Source: Enterobacterales bacterium endosymbiont of Anomoneura mori (lineage in GTDB: Bacteria; Pseudomonadota; Gammaproteobacteria; Enterobacterales; Enterobacteriaceae_A). Taken from it: a stretch of 32,000 bases of DNA. The translations under genes were made by a program, and so were the position numbers. Below, in pieces: positions 13,460 to 21,070 of this stretch. The notes under the pieces are model-generated. The model ran no database searches and was not told the DNA's origin. It saw only the letters and a list, made by a program, of their open reading frames with translations. The stretch's first letter is position 1. Every line of letters begins with the position of its first letter. The stretch spans positions 60,001 to 92,000 of the forward strand of contig NZ_AP031381.1 of assembly GCF_047159375.1 (NCBI RefSeq). Reading direction: 5' to 3'.

Positions 13460-13951
13460 ATGCTTAAAAATAAAAATATTTTAAATTTAAATAATCAATT
13501 AAATTTAGAAAAATATTCTTCTAATCTATATTTACAAATGAGTGCTTGGTGTGAAATAGAAAACTTTAAAAATGCATCAATTTTTTTTAAAAAAAATTCA
13601 AAAGAAGAATTAGAACATATGGAAAAAATATTTAATTATTTATGTGATATTAATATATTACCAATAATAAATTCAAATATTAAAATTAAAACAAATTTTA
13701 ATTCTTTATTAGATGTATTTAAATATGCTTATAAAAATGAAATTAAAAATACTTATAATATTAATTTAATATCTGATTTTTCATTTAAAAATAAAGATTT
13801 TAAAACATTTCATTTTTTAAGTTGGTATATTTTAAAACAAAAAGATGAAGAAAAAATATTAAAAACAATTTTAGAAAATTTAAAATTTTTTAATTATAAT
13901 AAAAAAAATATGCTTATGTTTGATAATTTATTTTTATCAAAATATATTTAA
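13460..13951 (+). CDS. ftn: Non-haem ferritin (FtnA-type)
   Basis: 163 aa, colinear with E. coli FtnA without gaps (LNLEKYSSNLYLQMSAWC, KEELEHMEKIFNYL, FLSWYILKQKDEEK). Ferroxidase residues E17, Y24, E50, H53, E94, Q127 and E130 are all present. A perfect SD AAGGAG lies at 13444-13449. Confidence 0.85.
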   Translation: MLKNKNILNLNNQLNLEKYSSNLYLQMSAWCEIENFKNASIFFKKNSKEELEHMEKIFNYLCDINILPIINSNIKIKTNFNSLLDVFKYAYKNEIKNTYNINLISDFSFKNKDFKTFHFLSWYILKQKDEEKILKTILENLKFFNYNKKNMLMFDNLFLSKYI

Positions 13952-13968
13952 AATAAATAATCAAATAT

Positions 13969-15845
13969 TTATTTATTTACTATTTTAATATATTTAAATG
14001 TTATTTCATCTATAAATCTAGATTGGATGGGAAAATTTTTTTTCCCATACAAAACCCTTTCTTTTTGTACAGATAAAATGTAAAAATTTTTTTTACCCTT
14101 GTTATACCAACATAAGTAAGTTTTATTTCTTCTTCTAAAGATTTTAAGTCTTTTAGAATATTTACTTGGTAAAATTCCTTCTTCCATTCCTATTATGAAA
14201 ACTTGATTAAATTCTAAACCTTTTGAAGAATGTAAAGTCATTAATTTTACTGAATTTTCATTTTTTGAGTTTTTTTCATAAATCATTTCAAAATATAATA
14301 AAAAAGAATTTAAAATATTTTTTTTAAATTTATTTTTTAAATAATAACTTTTACTTAATTTAATAAATTTATTTAAATTTTTTATTTTTTTATTATTATC
14401 TTTATATAATAAAAATATTCCCATATTTTTTAAAATATATTATATTTGTTCATATAATTTTAAATTTAATATATTTTTTTTAATTTTTTTTATTAAATTT
14501 ATAAAATTTTTTAAATCATTGTATTTTTTATTATTTTTTTTTCTAAAAATATATTTATCATTTTCTATAATGATTTTTTTTATATTTTTTTATACTTTTT
14601 ATATATTTTATTAATAATTTCAATATTTATATTATTTTCTGAAAAAATTATAATTTTCAATAAATATTAATTTTTATTTAAATTTATAAAAAAATAAATT
14701 AAATAAAGAATTTTGAATTTCTTCATTATCTATAAATTTTTTTTCATTAATTACTTCAAATGCTATATTATTATCAAATAAAACTTTTTTTGTATATATA
14801 ATTGAAAATTGTTTTTATATAAAATTGCACAATCACTATATTTATAACCTTTTTTTAATAATTTTAAAATATTTCTTAAAATATATAAAGCTTCATCATA
14901 AATATTTTTATCATAATATAATTTTATAAATTCTCCATTTTCTTTTTTAGTCCATATTTTTTTTTAATACGATTAGAATTATTATTAATTAATTTATTTG
15001 CTGCTAATATAATATTATTATTTGATCTATGATTTTCTTCTAAATTAAAAATTTTAATTTTTGGAATTTTTTTTTTTAAATTTTTCAATTAATTCATTTT
15101 CTGATCCTCTCCAATTATATATTGCTTGATCATCATCTCCGATTAACATAATATTATTATTTTTATTTTTAATTAAATTTAAAAAATTATATATTAATTT
15201 ATTAATATCTTGAAATTCATCAACAAATATATATTTTATTTTATTAAAATATTTTTTATAAAAATTTGAATTATTTAATAATAAAAAATTTATTTTTAAT
15301 ATAATTTTTTCAAAATCAAATAAATAATTTTTTTTACAATTTTCTTTATATTTTTTATATATTAATAAAAAATTATCAATTTTATTAAATTTTTTATTTT
15401 TATAATTTTTAAAAAATAAATCTAAATTTTTATTATTAATATATTTTATTAATAATTCAATATTATATTTATTAAAATCAATACCTAATTTTTTAATAAT
15501 ATTTTTAATTATATTAATTTGTTCAAATTTTTTAATTATTTTTATTTTAACATTAAATTTTTCATAATAATAAGAATATAAAATTTTATATATTATACTA
15601 TGAAAAGTACCAATTTTAATATTTTTAATATTATTATTTAATATTTTTTTAACTTTTTTATATATTTCACTAGCTGCTTTTTTCAAAAAAGTAATTACTA
15701 AAATAGATTCTGAAGATATTTTTTATTTTAAATTAACCAAATTATACGATTAACTAAAACACTTGTTTTACCACTACCAGCACTTGCTAATACTATTAAA
15801 TCTTTTTCTTTTTGATGTTATAATTTTAATTTAATTTTTATTCAT
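13969..15845 (-). pseudogene. uvrD: Decayed SF1 DNA helicase, UvrD-like (uvrD/rep family), with multiple frameshifts
   Basis: Helicase motifs appear in the correct order but in at least five frames: Walker A ASAGSGKT (about 15802-15731), TFLKKAASE / GTFHS / DEFQD / GDDDQAIYNWRG (track ORF 15054..15686), LEENHRS..ILAANKLINNN, IWTKKENGEFIKLY, MTLHSSKGLEF..GMEEG (track ORF 13969..14424), and YVGITR out of frame. NNNSNRIKKKIWT resembles UvrD ENNNGRLGKKLWT better than it resembles Rep. Confidence 0.85.
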
Positions 15846-15866
15846 TTTTTAAAATATTTTTCCCTT

Positions 15867-15926
15867 TTTTAAATAATTAATATTTATAAATATTTTAAAA
15901 TATTTATAAATATTAATTATTTAAAA
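15867..15926. repeat. 60-bp perfect A/T-only palindrome (30+30, no spacer)
   Basis: TTTTAAATAATTAATATTTATAAATATTTT | AAAATATTTATAAATATTAATTATTTAAAA. All 30 pairs were checked base by base. Each arm also contains the 16-bp palindrome AATATTTATAAATATT. Confidence 0.9.
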
Positions 15927-15954
15927 TTAAATTAATTAAAAATAAAATTTTTTA

Positions 15955-16290
15955 TTAATATTCATTAATATAATTTATATTATATATAGGTATTTCAATT
16001 ACTAAATCTTTTTTTTTAATTTTTATTTGACAAGATAATCTACTTTTATTTTCTAAACCCCATGCTTTATCTAAAATTTCTTCTTCAAATTCTCTTAAAC
16101 AATTTAATGAATTATAACCTTTATGTATTATACAATGACATGTTGTGCAAACACAAGATTTTTTACATGCATTTTCAATTTTTATATTATTATTATGAGC
16201 TAATTCTAATAAATTAGTATTATTTTTTGATTCTATAATAAATCCATTTAAACATTTTTTTTTATTTGGTAAAAAAAAAATTTTTGTCAT
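15955..16290 (-). CDS. fdx: [2Fe-2S] ferredoxin, ISC type
   Basis: 111 aa, colinear with E. coli Fdx: ACKKSCVCTTCHC (cluster Cys ligands), DKAWGLE, SRLSCQ, LVIEIP. Confidence 0.92.
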   Translation of the reverse strand: MTKIFFLPNKKKCLNGFIIESKNNTNLLELAHNNNIKIENACKKSCVCTTCHCIIHKGYNSLNCLREFEEEILDKAWGLENKSRLSCQIKIKKKDLVIEIPIYNINYINEY

Positions 16291-16423
16291 TTTTAATTAT
16301 TAATATATTTTTTAAAAAAATTATAAAATATTTTAAAATTTAAAATAAAATATTTATTATATTATATTAAATTTTTAAATATTTGTAAATTATTAAATAA
16401 TTATATATTTATAATATTTTTAT

Positions 16424-16465
16424 TTTTTTTAATATTTATTAAATATTTAATAAATATTAAAAAAA
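16424..16465. repeat. 42-bp perfect A/T-only palindrome (21+21, no spacer)
   Basis: TTTTTTTAATATTTATTAAAT | ATTTAATAAATATTAAAAAAA. All 21 pairs were checked. It ends 23 nt upstream of the rpsT start codon. Confidence 0.9.
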
Positions 16466-16488
16466 TAAATTAATAAGGAATAAAATAA

Positions 16489-16749
16489 TTGGCAAATAAT
16501 AAATCATCAATAAAACGTATTATACAATCAAAAAAAAAAAAAAAACATAATTCATGTTATAAATCAATGATTAAAACTTTTATCAAAAAAAATTTCTTAA
16601 TAATAAATAATAAAAATATAACTTTAGCAAAAAATTTTTATATAAAAACACAAAAAATTTTAGATAGACAATCTTTAAAAAATATAATTCATAAAAATAA
16701 AGCATCTCGTTATAAATCTATTATATCTAAAAAAATAAATAAAATGTAA
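16489..16749 (+). CDS. rpsT: 30S ribosomal protein S20
   Basis: 86 aa. MANNKSSIKRIIQSKKKKKHN..SMIKTFIKK...DRQ..KN.IHKNKASR.KS matches E. coli S20. TTG start at 16489-16491. TAAGGA lies at 16474-16479. Confidence 0.93.
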   Translation: MANNKSSIKRIIQSKKKKKHNSCYKSMIKTFIKKNFLIINNKNITLAKNFYIKTQKILDRQSLKNIIHKNKASRYKSIISKKINKM

Positions 16750-16778
16750 AAATATTAAATATTTATTAAAATTGTTTC

Positions 16779-16801
16779 CCACGAACCATTTAGGTTCGTG
16801 G
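16779..16801. terminator. G/C-rich stem-loop between convergent rpsT and rpoC; probable bidirectional terminator or 3'-end stabiliser
   Basis: CCACGAACC (16779-16787) and GGTTCGTGG (16793-16801) form a 9-bp perfect stem with loop ATTTA. It lies 30 nt after the rpsT stop and 13 nt after the rpoC stop. No clean U-tract follows on either strand. Confidence 0.45.
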
Positions 16802-16813
16802 AAAAGTAAATCA

Positions 16814-19800
16814 TTATTCTTTATTTTTAAATAATTTATCAGTTTTCTTTTTTTTATCTTCTTTAATTCTTTCAATACTTTTTAATATTTTTTTTTTATG
16901 ATACATATAACCACTTCCAGCAGGTATAAGACGTCCAATAATTACATTTTCTTTTAATCCTCTAAGTTCATCAATTTTTTGAAAAACAGAAGCTTTTGTT
17001 AAAATTCTAGTTGTTTCTTGAAAAGAAGCAGCAGAAATAAATGAATCAGTTGATAAAGAACATTTTGTAATACCTGATAAATAACGAACAAATGTTATTA
17101 TTCTTTTATTCTGCATTTTTAATTGTTCATTGATAATTTTTATACGTGAAAAATCAATACTTTCACCAGGTAAAAATTCACTATCTCCAGAATTTATTAT
17201 AATTACTTTTTTTAACATTTGATGAATAATTACTTCAATATGTTTATCATTGATTTTAACACCTTGTAAACGATAAACTTCTTGTACTTTATCAACAATA
17301 TATTTAGTAAGTTCACTTATTCCTTTAAGACGTAAAATATCATTTGGAATAATTTCACCATCACAAATTATATCACCTTTTTTAATATTTTCACCTTCAA
17401 AAACATTTATTTCTCTCCATTTTGGAATAACAAAATTAATAATTTTATTATCGTTTGATTTTAAAGTTGCATGAATTTTATTTTTAAATTTTTTATTAAA
17501 TGTAATAATACCATCAAATTCAGCTAAAATTGCAGGGTTTTTAGATTTTTTAACTTCAAATATATCTACAACACGTGGTAAACCTCCTGTAATATCTTTA
17601 ATATTTTCTGTTTCTTGTGGTTTTCTTGAAATTACATCTCCTATATTAATTTCATCACCTTCTTTAATTCTAATTATTGATTTTGGAGTTAATATATAAT
17701 GTGCAAATATTTTAGAATTTGGAAAAAATTTAGGTCTATTATAATAATCTACTATCATTAAAACTGGTGTTATTTTTTTTCCTTCATCACTAATTTTATT
17801 ATTATTTATTATTATCATTGATGATATTCCAGTTAATTTATCATTTTGAAATATAGCATTTTCACCTTCTATAACACCTAAAAATTTAGCAAAACCATAT
17901 ATTTCACTTATTACTAATTTAGTATGTGGTTCCCAATTAACTATAATTTCATTTTTTTTAACAATTTTATTATTTAATTTTAAAATATTTGCTCCATAAG
18001 GAATTTTATAAATTTCTTTTATTTGATTTAATTTATTAATTATTTTTAATTTTGAATTACGTGAAGTAACAATAAATTTTCCTTTAATATTTTTAATACA
18101 TTTAAAATCTTCTAATATAATAATACCATTATTTTTAACTTGTATATAAGATTCAATAATTTCACGAAATGCAACACCTCCAATATGAAATGTTCTCATT
18201 GTTAATTGTGTTCCTGGTTCACCTATAGATTGTGCTGCAATTATTCCAATTGCCTCACCTTTATTAATTATACTACCTTTAGATAAATCCATTCCATAAC
18301 ATTTTACACATACTCCAAAATTAGTTTCACAAGTTACAACAGAACGAACTCTTATTTTATTAATTGAATATTTTTCTAAAATTTTACATATTTCTCTATT
18401 AATATATGTATTTTTTTTAAATAAAATTTTTGTTCCATTATTAATTTTAACATCTTTTGATATTAATCTTCCAATTATTCGATCAGACATAGAATCTTTA
18501 ATAGAATCTCCTTCAATTATAGAAGTTATCCATATTCCTTCTTTTGTTCCACAATCATTTTCAGATATTACTAAATCTTGAGAAACATCTACTAATCTTC
18601 TTGTTAAATAACCAGAATTTGATGTTTTTAACGCTGTATCTGCTAAACCTTTTCTCGCACCATGAGCTGAAATAAAATATTGTATTATATTTAATCCTTC
18701 TTTAAAATTTGATATAATAGGAGTTTCAATAATTGATCCATCAGGTTTCATCATTAATCCTCTCATACCTGAAAGTTGTCTAGTTTGAGCAATTGATCCT
18801 CTAGATCCAGAATCTGCCATCATAAAAATATTATTAAAAGAAAATTGTTTTACTTTTTTTCCATTATATATAATATTTTTTTCAAATGATAAATATTTTA
18901 TTAATTCTTTAGTAACTTTATCATTTGCTATTGACCAAATATCAATTATTTTATTATAACGTTCATAATCTGTTATAAAACCAAATTCAAATTGTTTTTG
19001 AATTTTAATTACTTCTTTTTGAGCATCTTCTATAATTTGTTTTTTTTTTTTAGGTATTTTCATATCATCAATAGAAACTGAAATACCTGATTTAGTAGAA
19101 TATTTAAATCCAATAGACATTAATTTATCTAATAAAACAATTGTTTTTTTAATTCCTAAAGTATGATAACAAATACTTAAAATATTTGAAATCTCATTCT
19201 TAACTAAATTTTTATTAATAATATTAAATGATAAACCTTTAGGAAATATTGACCAAAGAATTGCTCTACCAATAGTTGTATTAACAATTTTTTTAGTTTT
19301 AAACCAAATATTTTCTTTTTTAATATTTTCACTAATTCTAATTTTTACACGTGCATGTAATGAAACAATTCCATTTAAATATAAAATTTTTGCTTCTTTA
19401 ATATTTGTAATTAACATACCACTACCTTTTGAATTTATATATTCTCTTGTCATATAATATAACCCTAAAACAATATCTTGAGAAGGAGTAATTATTGGTT
19501 CACCATTAGCTGGAGATAAAATATTATTTGTTGACATCATTAATATACGTGCTTCTAATTGAGATTCATTTGTTAAAGGTATATGAACAGCCATTTGATC
19601 TCCATCAAAATCTGCATTATATGCAGAACATACTAATGGATGAAGTTGTATTGAATTTTCTTCTGTTAATATTGGATTAAATGCTTGTATACCTAAACGA
19701 TGTAAAGTTGGTGCTCTATTTAATAATATTGGATGTAAATTAGTAATTTCTTCTAATAAATTCATTACAATATCAGATTTATCGTCTATCATTTTTTTTG

Positions 19801-20989
19801 CAGTTTTTATTGTATCTGAAATTTTTAATGATTGTAATTTACCTAAAATATATGGTTTAAATAATTCTAATGCCATTTTTTTTGGTAAACCACATTGATT
19901 TAATTTTAAAAATGGTCCAACTGTAATTACAGATCTTCCTGAAAAATCTACTCTTTTTCCTAAAAGATTTTGTCTAAATCTACCTGTTTTACCTTTAATT
20001 ATATCTGATAAAGATTTTAATGGTTGTTTGTTTGAACCTAATATTATTTTTCCTCTACGACCATTATCAAATAATGAATCAACTGCTTCTTGTAACATAC
20101 GTTTTTCGTTTTTTAAAATAATTTCTGGTGCAGATAAATTTATTAATTTTTTTAAACGATTATTTCTATTTATAATACGTCTATATAATTCATTTAAATC
20201 AGATGATGCAAAACGTCCTGAATCTAATGGCACTAATGGACGTAAATCTGGTGGTAAAACGGGTAATACAGTTAATATAAACCATTCAGGTTTATTAGAA
20301 GTATTTATAAATGATTCAATTAATTTAATTCTATTTATTGTTTTTTTTTTTTTATTATTAGAATTTATTTCATTTAATTTATATCTTAATTTAACATATT
20401 CTGTTTTTAAATTAATTTTTTTTAATAAATATAAAATAGCTTCAGCACCTATTTTAGCAATAAATTTATTACCAAATTCTTTTTTTAATAATAAATATTG
20501 TTTTTCATTTATTAATTTTTTTTTTTTAAAATTTACTTTTCCTTTTTTTATTATTATATATGATTCATAATATAAAATTTTTTCTAGATCTTTCATAGAC
20601 ATATTTAATAATAAACAAATATATGAAGGTAATGTTTTTGAATACCAAATATGTGCAATAGGAATAGATAATTTAATATGTCCCATTCTTTTTCTACGTT
20701 CATTTTTTTTAGTAATTTCTACTCCACATTTTTCACATTTTCTACCATAATATTTTTTTTTTTTATATTTTCCACATAAACATTCATAATCTCTAATTGG
20801 TCCAAATATTTTTGAACAAAACAAACCATCTTTTTCTGGTTTTAAAGTTCTATAATTAATTGTTTCAGAATTTTTTACTTCTCCATAAGACCAAGAAATA
20901 ATTTTTTTTGGTGATGCTAAAGAAATTTTAATTGCATCAAATTCAGTAACTTTATCTTGATTAGATAATAATTTTAAAGTTTTTGACAT
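16814..20989 (-). CDS. rpoC: RNA polymerase beta' subunit
   Basis: 1391 aa. Contains the Zn finger [20 protein letters not shown], the catalytic [12 protein letters not shown] and the second Zn site CGT...[13 protein letters not shown]. Confidence 0.98.
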   Translation of the reverse strand: MSKTLKLLSNQDKVTEFDAIKISLASPKKIISWSYGEVKNSETINYRTLKPEKDGLFCSKIFGPIRDYECLCGKYKKKKYYGRKCEKCGVEITKKNERRKRMGHIKLSIPIAHIWYSKTLPSYICLLLNMSMKDLEKILYYESYIIIKKGKVNFKKKKLINEKQYLLLKKEFGNKFIAKIGAEAILYLLKKINLKTEYVKLRYKLNEINSNNKKKKTINRIKLIESFINTSNKPEWFILTVLPVLPPDLRPLVPLDSGRFASSDLNELYRRIINRNNRLKKLINLSAPEIILKNEKRMLQEAVDSLFDNGRRGKIILGSNKQPLKSLSDIIKGKTGRFRQNLLGKRVDFSGRSVITVGPFLKLNQCGLPKKMALELFKPYILGKLQSLKISDTIKTAKKMIDDKSDIVMNLLEEITNLHPILLNRAPTLHRLGIQAFNPILTEENSIQLHPLVCSAYNADFDGDQMAVHIPLTNESQLEARILMMSTNNILSPANGEPIITPSQDIVLGLYYMTREYINSKGSGMLITNIKEAKILYLNGIVSLHARVKIRISENIKKENIWFKTKKIVNTTIGRAILWSIFPKGLSFNIINKNLVKNEISNILSICYHTLGIKKTIVLLDKLMSIGFKYSTKSGISVSIDDMKIPKKKKQIIEDAQKEVIKIQKQFEFGFITDYERYNKIIDIWSIANDKVTKELIKYLSFEKNIIYNGKKVKQFSFNNIFMMADSGSRGSIAQTRQLSGMRGLMMKPDGSIIETPIISNFKEGLNIIQYFISAHGARKGLADTALKTSNSGYLTRRLVDVSQDLVISENDCGTKEGIWITSIIEGDSIKDSMSDRIIGRLISKDVKINNGTKILFKKNTYINREICKILEKYSINKIRVRSVVTCETNFGVCVKCYGMDLSKGSIINKGEAIGIIAAQSIGEPGTQLTMRTFHIGGVAFREIIESYIQVKNNGIIILEDFKCIKNIKGKFIVTSRNSKLKIINKLNQIKEIYKIPYGANILKLNNKIVKKNEIIVNWEPHTKLVISEIYGFAKFLGVIEGENAIFQNDKLTGISSMIIINNNKISDEGKKITPVLMIVDYYNRPKFFPNSKIFAHYILTPKSIIRIKEGDEINIGDVISRKPQETENIKDITGGLPRVVDIFEVKKSKNPAILAEFDGIITFNKKFKNKIHATLKSNDNKIINFVIPKWREINVFEGENIKKGDIICDGEIIPNDILRLKGISELTKYIVDKVQEVYRLQGVKINDKHIEVIIHQMLKKVIIINSGDSEFLPGESIDFSRIKIINEQLKMQNKRIITFVRYLSGITKCSLSTDSFISAASFQETTRILTKASVFQKIDELRGLKENVIIGRLIPAGSGYMYHKKKILKSIERIKEDKKKKTDKLFKNKE

Positions 20990-21013
20990 TTTTTCCTTTT
21001 TATTTTTTTTAAA

Positions 21014-21032
21014 AGCGTATTTATAATACGCT
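21014..21032 (-). other. Small G/C-containing hairpin in the rpoB-rpoC spacer
   Basis: AGCGTATT (21014-21021) and AATACGCT (25-32) form an 8-bp stem with a 3-nt loop, flanked by T- and A-runs. Confidence 0.35.
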
Positions 21033-21070
21033 AATAAAAAATATTATTAAATTAAAAAATAAAATTTAAA

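Noticed and set aside
16675-16875. 66-aa minus-strand ORF spanning the rpsT 3' end, the terminator hairpin and the rpoC 3' end
   Set aside because: It overlaps two well-supported genes and a structured spacer. It is out of frame with rpoC and shows no conservation signal.
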